Origin: a bacterium
GTDB lineage: Bacteria > Zhuqueibacterota > Zhuqueibacteria > Oceanimicrobiales > Oceanimicrobiaceae
Length of the DNA: 26,036 nucleotides
Direction of reading: 5' to 3'
Assembly (NCBI GenBank): GCA_046757525.1
Contig: JBHHYI010000046.1
Location: forward strand, 1 to 26,036
The notes below the pieces were generated by a model that searched no databases, was not told the DNA's origin, and saw only the letters and a list, made by a program, of their open reading frames with translations. Positions 17,949-26,036 of this stretch are shown here, one piece after another. The position numbers were made by a program, and so were the translations under genes. Numbering within the stretch: the first letter of the stretch is position 1; each line of letters starts with the position of its first letter.

Positions 17949-18112
17949 CATCGGCGTCAACTTAATTCCTGGAGGTGTCATTTCGATCCGGCAGTTGCCG
18001 GAGAGAAATCTGGTTTGTGCCTAAATCAGACCCCTCGACTACGTCCGGCAGAGCCGGACTCCGCTCGGGGTGACGATCAGGTGGTTAGACACCCCTTAAG
18101 TTGACGCCAAAA
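17949..18112. mobile_element. Non-autonomous IS4-family (IS231-like) MITE with 10-bp target duplication
   Basis: Perfect IR GGCGTCAACTTAA (17953-17965)/TTAAGTTGACGCC (18096-18108); left end begins CAT; flanks GGCGGCTGCC (17939-17948)/GGCGGCTGCG (18113-18122). Confidence 0.7.
17977..18074. repeat. GTCA...TGAC palindromic repeat inside the MITE
   Basis: GTCATTTCGA...AGAAATCT / AGACCCCTCGACT...CGCTCGGGGTGAC with sub-hairpins TCCGGCAGTTGCCGGA and GTCCGGCAGAGCCGGAC. Confidence 0.7.
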
Positions 18113-18179
18113 GGCGGCTGCGGGACGGGCACCTGACTGACAAAAATGCAAAGTTTGTCAAGAACTGGCAGAACAATGA

Positions 18180-18393
18180 AGCCACTGATGATCACGGATT
18201 GACACGGATAAAATGAGTTTAGAACCCTAAAATAGAAAAGACTTCGAAGGTAGGGCTTAAAATGTTCAAATTCTTAGTCCAATGTTTTTGTTCGAAAGAA
18301 CATTTCAAAAACATTATGGATTCTAATAGAGAAAAATCGAAATCAACATGCTTCGGTTTGACATCCGTGTTTAATCGGTGTGAATCCGTGGCT
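18180..18393. repeat. Element bounded by periodic CACGGAT/ATCCGTG inverted ends with AT-rich core
   Basis: AGCCACTGATGATCACGGATTGACACGGAT (18180-18209) vs ATCCGTGTTTAATCGGTGTGAATCCGTGGCT (18363-18393). Confidence 0.7.
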
Positions 18394-18399
18394 AATAAT

Positions 18400-20445
18400 G
18401 TGGCGGCTTGTCGCTCCAAGAGTACCAAATTTGTTTTCAGCAGGAATAGGGGCTGTCTAAAAAGCGTGCAAAAGAGTGGCTGTGTTGTCATTCCTGCGAA
18501 AGCAAGAATCCAGAAAAATCAACGGGTTATAGATTCCCGCTTCCGTGGGAATGACACAAAAATGGCCCTTTTGGGACAGCCCCCTCTCGCCTTGCTCCTT
18601 GAAGCCTTGTTGAGCATTGCAACGATTCTTGTTTTCTCGGTCCACAGCCTTTACGGCGAGCAATTTATTGGACAAAGGCTCAAAGTGACCGGGCAATTGC
18701 AGGATGGCTATCTGACAGCCATTAGAATCCAAACTCGGGATTCGAAAAAAGACCCTAAAAGCGGTCGCGTTGAAGGCTCGATCAGTGCCATCAACCCGGA
18801 ACGGAGTTCCATCCGAATCGGTCCATTTGAAATCAGTGTGACCCGGGCAACCCAATTGGAAAATATGAGCTTAGAGGACTTAACACCAGGCCACACGGTC
18901 AGAGCAATCGTGCACCTGGATCTTCGCGGTCACCTGGTCGCTTCTTCGCTGGAACCCGCTGCTGCCGCGAAAGGCTACATTAAGATAATCGGGCATGTTT
19001 TTTCCAGTTTCTCCGAACCGGATGGTACCGTTTGGCTCAAGATTCTTGGCGTCGCGGTAAAGATGCCGCAGGATGTCTACAATCGGGGTCTTTCGCTCAT
19101 TCGTCGTCCTGACGACAAACGACCGGACAAACAGCTTACGGTGCCGGTGCTGGGTCACCCCCTGGTCATCGGCGGTGAATTCGGCAACACCTCCAGGTTT
19201 CGCGGCGATTTTAAGCTCAAGGATCACTCCAAAGACGACAAGGTACGCCTGGATCAGGAATTCCAACTCGAGCTTTTCTACCGGTTCGCCAGGAACGTCT
19301 CCCTGTTTTTAGAAGGGAAATCACTGAGCGAAAGCGTGGTGTTTGACCAGTCCGGCGATAGACGCAACGAAACGGCTGTCGAACGCGGTGAAACCTGGCT
19401 CTATTTGGGCAACCTGTTTGGCAGTGGGTTTTCGCTGCAGATCGGCAGGCAAGATTTTCGGGAAAAGCGGGAATGGTGGTGGGACGAGGATTTGGATGCG
19501 GTGCGCCTGTACTTCAGCCGGCGACGGTTTTATGCGGAGCTGGCGGTGGCCAAAGAACTGGCAGGAGTCTCCACGCTGGACGGCGGCATCGATCCTGAAC
19601 AGAGAGACATACTGCGCATCCTCGGTCGTCTTTCCTGGAGTTGGCGACCAAAACAGCGACTCGATTGGTTCTTTTTGCGCCACCACGATTTTTCCAACAC
19701 GTACAAGATCGGAGAGCGGGTGGCCGAGGACCGGGAAGACCCCAGCGACGCCGATCTTTTCTGGGGCGGTTTGCGCTTTTCTGGCGACCTGGACCTGGGC
19801 CGGATCGGAGATGTTAGCTACTGGCTGGACGGCGCCGGCGTCGGTGGCCACGAAACCCTCTATGATTTCCAGGAAACCAGCCGCAGCGGTAATCGCGTCA
19901 CTGCCAGGACCGTGCACACCGTTCTGGCCTGGGCGCTGGACAGCGGGGTTAGCTGGGAGAGCAAGTTGCCTCTTCGCCCCACGTTTACCTTCGGCTATGC
20001 GGTGGGTTCCGGCGACGACGACCCTGGCGACAAAACCGACGGAAATTTCCGGCAAACCGGTCTGCAAGACAACAACAATCGCTTCAATGGCGTCGACCGT
20101 TTTCGCTATTATGGCGAGCTTTTCCGTCCCGAACTCTCCAATTTGCGCATTTGGATGGGCGCGCTCGGATTTCGCTTCTGGCGCTCCAGCTCCATAGAAT
20201 TCGTTTATCACAAGTACCAGCAGGTGCACGCGGCGCCTTTTTTGCGCAGTGCCCGCATCAAGGCAGACCCCGTCGGCACCAATTCGGACATCGGTGACGA
20301 GTGGGACGTGGTTCTGGGCCTGGAAGAATGGCAGCGCATCGAGTTGGAGATCGTGGGTGGGTTGTTTCGCTCCGGCAAGGCTTACGGGCCGTTAGCCGGT
20401 GAGCTGGCTTCCAACGTGGTTTTCAAGTTCAATTTTAATTTTTAA
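18400..20445 (+). CDS. Alginate-export (AlgE-like) outer-membrane beta-barrel with N-terminal DUF5666-like domains; start uncertain (GTG 18400 or ATG 18562)
   Basis: Hydrophobic signal segment; VEGSISAI...TQLE...LTPGHTVRA; IGRQDFREKREWWWDEDLDAVR, YAVGSGD, FRQTGLQDN, YGELFRPELSNL; terminal FKFNFNF. Confidence 0.82.
   Translation: MAACRSKSTKFVFSRNRGCLKSVQKSGCVVIPAKARIQKNQRVIDSRFRGNDTKMALLGQPPLALLLEALLSIATILVFSVHSLYGEQFIGQRLKVTGQLQDGYLTAIRIQTRDSKKDPKSGRVEGSISAINPERSSIRIGPFEISVTRATQLENMSLEDLTPGHTVRAIVHLDLRGHLVASSLEPAAAAKGYIKIIGHVFSSFSEPDGTVWLKILGVAVKMPQDVYNRGLSLIRRPDDKRPDKQLTVPVLGHPLVIGGEFGNTSRFRGDFKLKDHSKDDKVRLDQEFQLELFYRFARNVSLFLEGKSLSESVVFDQSGDRRNETAVERGETWLYLGNLFGSGFSLQIGRQDFREKREWWWDEDLDAVRLYFSRRRFYAELAVAKELAGVSTLDGGIDPEQRDILRILGRLSWSWRPKQRLDWFFLRHHDFSNTYKIGERVAEDREDPSDADLFWGGLRFSGDLDLGRIGDVSYWLDGAGVGGHETLYDFQETSRSGNRVTARTVHTVLAWALDSGVSWESKLPLRPTFTFGYAVGSGDDDPGDKTDGNFRQTGLQDNNNRFNGVDRFRYYGELFRPELSNLRIWMGALGFRFWRSSSIEFVYHKYQQVHAAPFLRSARIKADPVGTNSDIGDEWDVVLGLEEWQRIELEIVGGLFRSGKAYGPLAGELASNVVFKFNFNF
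18449..18583. mobile_element. 135-bp MITE-like element with 16-bp TIRs enclosing a GTCATTCC...GGAATGAC palindrome
   Basis: GGGGCTGTCTAAAAAG / CTTTTGGGACAGCCCC (14/16); inner palindrome 18487-18555 reads VIPAKARIQ...DSRFRGND; no target duplication found. Confidence 0.7.
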
Positions 20446-21092
20446 TGCAGCTCATTGAGAAATCACTCCAAATCTTTTTGATCAGACACGGCCAGAGTGC
20501 GTGGAACGGCAAGAAGAGAATCACGGGTCAGCTCGACCCTCCGCTGTCTCCAAAGGGCGTTCAGCAGAGTCAGAATCTGGCCAGGGTCCTTGAGCACAAA
20601 ACACTCTCAGCCATCTACACAAGTTCCTTGAGCAGAGCTGTTGAAACAGCCAGACCAACTGCGGACCAACACGGTTTGGCCATCCACAAAAGGGATGCGC
20701 TCATGGAACTTCACTTCGGCGTCTTGCAGGGAAAATTCCGCGACCATAGAGATCCTGAAACACAAGCTCTATGGAACAGAAGAAAAGAAAACATGATTGA
20801 TTTCAGGGTTCCAGGGGGTGAGACCTACCGGGAACTGGAGCAAAGAGTGAAACCTTGCTTAAATCAAATCATTGCTCAGCACGAAGGTCGGGCCGTGCTT
20901 ATCGTCGGCCATCGCAATACCAACCGCGTGATTTTGGCTGCTCTGATGGATTGGCCCCGAGAAGTCGCCATTGAATTGAATCTGCGCAGCAAGTATCTTT
21001 ACGAGATCTCGTCAGGGAAGCAGCCACAGCTTAAAACCATCTGCATCGACGAAAAGCGCCTGGGTCGCGAGTACGCAGGTTTTAAGATGTAG
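20445..21092 (+). CDS. Histidine phosphatase (phosphoglycerate mutase superfamily)
   Basis: IRHGQS, SSLSRAVET, LMELHFG, PGGET, IVGH; TAATG overlap with porin stop. Confidence 0.92.
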   Translation: MQLIEKSLQIFLIRHGQSAWNGKKRITGQLDPPLSPKGVQQSQNLARVLEHKTLSAIYTSSLSRAVETARPTADQHGLAIHKRDALMELHFGVLQGKFRDHRDPETQALWNRRKENMIDFRVPGGETYRELEQRVKPCLNQIIAQHEGRAVLIVGHRNTNRVILAALMDWPREVAIELNLRSKYLYEISSGKQPQLKTICIDEKRLGREYAGFKM

Positions 21093-21230
21093 CCGCAGCA
21101 AAGACTTTGTGCCAAAGCATCACATTTCAGTCATCCCGAAGTGTCCAAGCCTGCAACCTCCTGTGCCAATAGTATTCTTGGTTCTATGGTATGACGTCTC
21201 ATTCCTCGCACAAAAGTGCAAAATGACTTG

Positions 21231-21378
21231 GAATGCGAGTTAACCGATCCAAACGGATTTGCCAGACTAAACATGTTTGAGGCAGTGACTCTGAACCAAA
21301 TGGCTCATGAACCGTTTGATTTTCACAAGAAACAAATCCGTGTAAATCCGTTCGGTCCGCAAAATCCGTGTGCCATTC
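21231..21378. repeat. Degenerate second CGGAT/ATCCG periodic inverted-repeat element
   Basis: AATCCG at 21335, 21345, 21363 and GTCCG at 21355, ending GCCATTC; left arm GAATG...AACGGATTT. Confidence 0.5.
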
Positions 21379-21650
21379 ATTTGCGGCTGTGGCGCGGGCC
21401 AGGCATTAGAAGACAAACTCTGTACAAAGACGCCAAATCCTTCAGGGTAAGGGCCCCAAAATACAAAGCCACTGTCCAACACTCAGCGACTATTGCACAT
21501 TCTTTTCTGCCTTTGCGGTTGAAAACACCCATTCAAACCGATATAAAGCCTAAATTTTCTTGTCTAGCCTCAAACAGCGTGTGCTGGTGACTAAAATTTC
21601 ATCGCTTGTTTCGCAGGGAACTTTCTTCTACATTCCACGGAAAAAATCAC

Positions 21651-21679
21651 TTGCAAACCCGCTACTTTCCCCTTACATT
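21651..21679 (+). promoter_or_regulatory. Sigma70-type promoter for the peptidase
   Basis: TTGCAA-N17-TACATT. Confidence 0.5.
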
Positions 21680-21728
21680 TGTCGAATAAATGCAAATACT
21701 TAAGATTGTACAACGGGAGGGACTTTCA

Positions 21729-23795
21729 ATGAAGAGATTCATTAGCTTACTGATTTGCTGGAGTCTTGTGTTGGCCTTGGCACAGAATATGTTCGCAGGT
21801 GCCCCATTAAATGACCTCAACAACAAGCACTTCAGCCTTGGGGAAATGTTCCAACTGGAATTTGCTTCGGATCCACAAATCTCACCGGACGGGCAAAGAA
21901 TCGTCTACGTGCGCAATTTCATGGACATCCTTAAAGACCGGCGGCGATCCAACCTTTGGATTATCAACTACGACGGCACCAACCATCGGCCTCTGACTTC
22001 AGGCAATGGCAACGACGTTTCGCCGCGCTGGTCGCCGGATGGCACGCGGCTGCTCTACGTTTCTCGCGCCGAGGGCTCCAGTCAGATTTATCTGCGTTGG
22101 ATGGACACCGGGCAAACCGCTAAGCTCACCAATCTCACCGAATCGCCCGGCAGCATCACCTGGTCTCCAGACGGAAAATGGATCGCCTTTTCCATGTTCG
22201 TGAAAGAGCGTCCAAAACCTTTCGTGAAAATGCCGCCGAAACCCGAAGGCGCCAAATGGGCCAAGCCACCGAAGGTGATTACCACCTTGCTGTACCGGGC
22301 CGACGGCAGGGGCTATCTGAAACAAGGCCATACCCACCTGTTCGTCTTGCCCGTTGAAGGGGGCACGCCGCGCCAGGTCACTTCCGGGCCTTACAACCAC
22401 AATGGGCCTCTTGCCTGGAGCGCCGACGGGCAGTCGATCATCTTTTCAGCGAACCGACACGAGGATTGGCAGTACGATCCTCTGAATTCAGAAATCTATG
22501 AGGTGTCGGTGGTGGACGGCTCCGTTAAGGCTTTAACCGACCGTCAAGGGCCGGACGCCAACCCGGCGCTGAGTCCTGACGGTCGTCAGATCGCCTACCT
22601 CGGGTTTGACGACAAGTACCAGGGCTATCAGATCACTCGGCTTTACGTGATGAATCGGGATGGCACCGGCAAGCGGCTGGTCACAGCCAGCTTCGATCGC
22701 GACGTGCGTCGTCCATGCTGGAGCCGGAACGGCAAGGGCTTGTATTTTCAGCTCGACGACAAAGGCAATACCAAAGTCGGCTATGTGACGCTCAGCGGCA
22801 AGGTTCAAACCCTGGCCAGCAATGTTGGCGGCACCTCTCTGGGACGGCCCTACGCCAGCGGCTCTTTCTCCGTTGCGTCTAATGGCCGCGTGGCCTTCAC
22901 CCACACGCGTCCCGACCATCCAGCCGATGTGGCGGTCGCAAGAAAGGGCGTTGCCACGGCGAAGCGACTCACCCAACTTAACGAGGACCTTTTCGGTTAC
23001 AAGAAATTGGGTTCGGTGGAAGAAATCTGGTATGAATCTTCTTATGACAGTCGCAAAATCCAGGGTTGGGTCGTCAAACCGCCCGAGTTTGACCCAAGCA
23101 AGAAATACCCGCTGATTCTGGAAATTCATGGCGGCCCCTTTGCCAATTACGGCGACCGTTTTGCGGCAGAGATTCAGCTCTACGCCGCGGCAGGTTACGT
23201 GGTTCTCTACACCAACCCGCGCGGCAGCACCAGCTACGGCGAAGCGTTCGGCAATCTGATTCACCACAACTACCCGGGCCAGGATTACGACGACCTCATG
23301 TCCGGCGTGGACGCGGTCCTGGAACGCGGCTATGTGGACCCAGCTAACTTGTTCGTTACCGGAGGTAGTGGCGGAGGCGTGCTTTCCAGTTGGATTGTGG
23401 GCAAGACTGACCGTTTCCGCGCAGCCGTTGTTGCCAAGCCAGTGATCAACTGGTACAGTTTCGTGCTGACTTCCGACGCCTACAACTTTTTCTACAAATA
23501 CTGGTTCCCCGGATTTCCCTGGGAATACTCGGAACATTACCTGAAGCGCTCGTCCATCTCGCTGGTGGGGAATGTGAAAACGCCTACCATGTTGATGACC
23601 GGAGAAGTCGATTACCGCACCCCGATTTCCGAATCCGAGCAATTCTACCAGGCGCTCAAGCTGCGCAAGATTGACACCGCTCTGGTGCGCATCCCTGAGG
23701 CTTCCCACGGAATTGCCAGACGGCCCAGCTACTTGATTGCCAAGGTAGCTCATGTTTTGAAGTGGTTTGAAAAATATCGGACCAGCAAGAATTGA
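21729..23795 (+). CDS. Secreted S9 family peptidase (acylaminoacyl/dipeptidyl-peptidase-like) with PD40 propeller
   Basis: GGAGG before ATG 21729; signal peptide; SPDG repeats; IHGGP, NPRGS, GGSGGG, DYRTP, ASHG. Confidence 0.93.
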   Translation: MKRFISLLICWSLVLALAQNMFAGAPLNDLNNKHFSLGEMFQLEFASDPQISPDGQRIVYVRNFMDILKDRRRSNLWIINYDGTNHRPLTSGNGNDVSPRWSPDGTRLLYVSRAEGSSQIYLRWMDTGQTAKLTNLTESPGSITWSPDGKWIAFSMFVKERPKPFVKMPPKPEGAKWAKPPKVITTLLYRADGRGYLKQGHTHLFVLPVEGGTPRQVTSGPYNHNGPLAWSADGQSIIFSANRHEDWQYDPLNSEIYEVSVVDGSVKALTDRQGPDANPALSPDGRQIAYLGFDDKYQGYQITRLYVMNRDGTGKRLVTASFDRDVRRPCWSRNGKGLYFQLDDKGNTKVGYVTLSGKVQTLASNVGGTSLGRPYASGSFSVASNGRVAFTHTRPDHPADVAVARKGVATAKRLTQLNEDLFGYKKLGSVEEIWYESSYDSRKIQGWVVKPPEFDPSKKYPLILEIHGGPFANYGDRFAAEIQLYAAAGYVVLYTNPRGSTSYGEAFGNLIHHNYPGQDYDDLMSGVDAVLERGYVDPANLFVTGGSGGGVLSSWIVGKTDRFRAAVVAKPVINWYSFVLTSDAYNFFYKYWFPGFPWEYSEHYLKRSSISLVGNVKTPTMLMTGEVDYRTPISESEQFYQALKLRKIDTALVRIPEASHGIARRPSYLIAKVAHVLKWFEKYRTSKN

Positions 23796-23801
23796 GGAGG
23801 C

Positions 23802-24139
23802 AAGTCGAATTTCGTCCTCGTTGTAACGGTTGGGGCTTTGGTTGGTGCTCTGGACGGCGGCGGCATTTTTTTCGTCCCGGAGGAACCCCACAAAACGAAC
23901 ATTTTTGTTGCCGCCATCATTAAGGGTTGTCTGGTTAGCCTGCTTACCGCGTTTTCGTTGCACGGTGAGGGTGCCTGGTGGCGAGGGAGTGCTGTACGGT
24001 GCTTTGTACGGTTTTTTGTTTGCTTCCGTGGTGTTTTTGTCCAAGGGAGGTACCTAGGGTCAGGGAGCACTTGTTGATTTTGCCGTACGGCCTGGTTTCC
24101 GGCGCTCTCATCGGTTTCCTGGCCTGGAGGTTGTTTTAG
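23802..24139 (+). pseudogene. Frameshifted remnant of a small multi-TM membrane protein
   Basis: GGAGG RBS with no following start; hydrophobic peptide continues across three frames (GALDGGGIFF...WWRG / GVLYGALYGFLF...KGG / LILPYGLVSGALIGFLAWRLF*). Confidence 0.6.
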
Positions 24140-24190
24140 CAGCAGGCGAGTGCCAGTTTTTGTTGGACTTGCAAGAACTCTTCTGGCGCC

Positions 24191-24817
24191 TCAAGATAGG
24201 GACACTTTGGGCAGCGTCGCAAATTGCGTATTCGCATTTAATTGCTGCCTCAGGTAGGTTTCCAGAGCTTGCAGGGTGTGGGTGCTGTTGCGGTGCCCGT
24301 CGTGCAGTAGAACGATTTGTCCTTTTGGTCGAAGCTTTTGCAGGCGGCGGTGTATTTTAGCGGCCGTGCACGCGCCCTGGTAGTCGCGGGCCGACACGTT
24401 CCAGAGCACCAGTTGGTGGCCGGTAGATTTGAGCACTCTTAGCAAATTTCTTCCGAACCATCCGTGGGGTGGCCTGAACAGGTCCGGCTTCTGGCCGGTG
24501 ATTTCCGCGAGAATGTTGTCGGTGCGTCTGATTTCGTGGGCAATGGTCTCGACCGGTTTTCCGAACAAGGTGGTGTGCGTGAAGGAATGATTGCCCACGG
24601 TGTGCCCCTGCTGTTGAATGCGCAGCACGATTTCCGGGTATTGCTCGGCTTTTTGCCCTATGAGAAAAAAGCTGGCACGGGCGTTGTACTCGTGCAGCAA
24701 CCGCAGCAGCGCGGGCGTGACTTCCGGGTCGGGACCGTCGTCAAAGGTCAAATAGAGATTTTGATCGCGCAGGTGCCGCAGCACTCTTGGAAAGCGAGAG
24801 TGGTTTTTGAAATGCAT
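24191..24817 (-). CDS. CE4/NodB polysaccharide deacetylase
   Basis: TFDDGP, GNHSFTH, FRPPHG, LWNV, LLHDG. Confidence 0.92.
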   Translation of the reverse strand: MHFKNHSRFPRVLRHLRDQNLYLTFDDGPDPEVTPALLRLLHEYNARASFFLIGQKAEQYPEIVLRIQQQGHTVGNHSFTHTTLFGKPVETIAHEIRRTDNILAEITGQKPDLFRPPHGWFGRNLLRVLKSTGHQLVLWNVSARDYQGACTAAKIHRRLQKLRPKGQIVLLHDGHRNSTHTLQALETYLRQQLNANTQFATLPKVSLS

Positions 24818-24853
24818 TTTGTTAAAGCATCCTTTTCATTAAACACCCGTTCG

Positions 24854-25101
24854 ACGTAACGCAAACGTCTCGTTTGCGCAAGCGTTGCCGACATTCAAAG
24901 CAACAAGTTTTTGTTGGGTTGTCAAACGGTAACCTTCTCCAAGAAGGTCACCGTTTAGTCCCGACCGGTTTTTGGTCGGGACGGATCGAAGCCCGTCACT
25001 TCTCGATACCGTCGCTTGAGAAGCAGCGACCTACTCGGGATGACTCGCACAGTGCCTTCAGGAAACGCTCTGTTGTACGTAACGCAATCGTCTCGATTGC
25101 G
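24854..25101. repeat. Two 25-bp REP-like hairpin repeats (24854-24878, 25077-25101) flanking a palindromic cassette
   Basis: ACGTAACGCAAACGTCTCGTTTGCG vs ACGTAACGCAATCGTCTCGATTGCG; internal GTCCCGACC...GGTCGGGAC and GTCGCT...AGCGAC. Confidence 0.7.
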
Positions 25102-25183
25102 AGGGCATTTTTTTCAGGCAAAAGCACACAGAGAGTGCATTGCTCTTAAGAAACGCCTCGCTGTCCGTTATTGCACCCTCCAG

Positions 25184-25254
25184 TGTCATTCAGGAGGAAT
25201 CTTGTTGGCTGGCTGCACAGTGCTGACCTGCAACAAGATGCCTCCTGCATGACA
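25184..25254. repeat. Long TGTCAT...ATGACA palindrome
   Basis: 24-bp arms (25184-25207, 25231-25254), 22/24 complementary. Confidence 0.75.
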
Positions 25255-25333
25255 GGGATCCTTTGGCATTTCCGACGTTTAAAGCAATGCGGCCACACCG
25301 GATTGCGGAAGCTTTTAGGAAACGCTCCGGTGT

Positions 25334-25360
25334 TCGTTCCCACGCAGCGCATGGGAACGA
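25334..25360. repeat. REP-like hairpin
   Basis: TCGTTCCCA-CGCAGCGCA-TGGGAACGA. Confidence 0.6.
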
Positions 25361-25458
25361 GGGCGCGTCAGGCGGCATTCTAACATCCCCCTAATTTTTT
25401 CGCTGGACGTTTCAAAAACCGCCCTCCTGCAAAGGGGGATTCTTTGCAAGCACCGTAC

Positions 25459-25471
25459 AATCAAATAGTTG
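25459..25471. promoter_or_regulatory. IHF consensus match in divergent intergenic region
   Basis: AATCAAATAGTTG fits WATCAANNNNTTR. Confidence 0.35.
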
Positions 25472-25657
25472 TGCCAAGCATCCAAACAAACGTTCCTTGA
25501 GTTGGAGTGCAAGAATCGGCGTAGCCAGTTGCGCTTGTTTTGTGTCACAAGAATTACGACATAGAAATCAGAATTCTTATGATACCACATGTGACTATTT
25601 AGTCTTAGAGTAAGTGTAAGCGTTCAGCAAACTTCCGAAACCGAAACCCAACTCGAC

Positions 25658-26026
25658 ATGCCAACGGTGAGAATACTCATAGTCGACGATTCCAATGAGA
25701 TTAGAAAGCGCCTGGTCAAATTGCTGGCAATCTTTAGCGAACGCCTGAGTGTTCGCCAGGCTGTAGATGCGGAGGCAGCGCTTTCCGAAGTCAAGCAATT
25801 TGACCCGGATGTCGTCATTTTGGACATCAAGTTATCCAAGGGAAGCGGCCTTGACGTCCTGAGCAAAATCAAGAAAGGGGCCGCCAAACGGTTGGTCATC
25901 ATGCTGACAAACTATGCTTCCGAGCAGTTCAGAAATGAGTGCCTCAGCAAGGGGGCAGACTTCTTTTTCGACAAGTCCTCGGAATTCGAAAGAGTCGTTG
26001 ACGTGATCAAAAACGTCATGTCCTGA
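25658..26026 (+). CDS. Stand-alone response regulator receiver domain
   Basis: ILIVDD, VILDIKL, SGLDVL, IMLT, GADFFFDK; no output domain. Confidence 0.92.
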   Translation: MPTVRILIVDDSNEIRKRLVKLLAIFSERLSVRQAVDAEAALSEVKQFDPDVVILDIKLSKGSGLDVLSKIKKGAAKRLVIMLTNYASEQFRNECLSKGADFFFDKSSEFERVVDVIKNVMS

Positions 26027-26036
26027 ATTTATTCTA

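Noticed and set aside
18262..18399. ORF-track N-terminal extension of the porin
   Set aside because: Runs through a repeat element and would bury the signal peptide
5410..21092. Alginate or colanic acid operon
   Set aside because: No algD/alg8/alg44/algG or wza/wzc/wzx/wzy; only family-level similarity, so no gene symbols given
21097..21170. Two minus-strand sigma54-like motifs
   Set aside because: GG-to-GC spacing is 12 and 11, not the required 10
21216..21590. 124-aa ORF
   Set aside because: Overlaps repeat element; no RBS or domain
22533..24044. 503-aa minus-strand ORF and other antisense ORFs
   Set aside because: Shadows of well-supported plus-strand genes
24191..24817. NodB deacetylase as part of the glycan cluster
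   Set aside because: Opposite strand and separated by an independently promoted peptidase; link unsupported without synteny data
24854..25360. CRISPR array
   Set aside because: Only two repeat copies 223 bp apart; no regular spacers or cas genes
25445..25477. Minus-strand sigma54-like motifs near the IHF match
   Set aside because: One lacks the -12 GC, the other the -24 GG

Overview
Bacterial genomic window; two C-terminal 'LHQNYPNPFNP' FlgD-Ig/T9SS-type sorting domains suggest a KSB1/Calditrichota/Ignavibacteria-like lineage (inference). The left part has two secreted sorting-domain proteins, a ZU5-like lipoprotein ending in an HF/S autoproteolysis motif, and a cytoplasmic TPR protein. The centre (5.4-21.1 kb) is a co-oriented glycan cluster: 4 GT-B glycosyltransferases (one fused to a deacetylase), a signal-less heparinase II/III-like lyase, an APH-type kinase and a probable pseudokinase, a fused ABC exporter, an AlgE-like beta-barrel with DUF5666-like domains and a histidine phosphatase, with no Wzx/Wzy or processive synthase. 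Three sigma54 (-24/-12) promoters are visible; two share an almost identical enhancer architecture (tandem GTAAC-N5-RTTAC). Nested MITEs/palindromes lie at 17.9-18.6 kb (one apparently in-frame in the porin signal peptide) and REP-like hairpins at 24.85-25.36 kb. The right part has an S9 peptidase, a frameshifted membrane-protein remnant, a NodB deacetylase and a stand-alone receiver protein. No rRNA, tRNA or CRISPR seen. All family calls are motif recognition by eye, not database searches.
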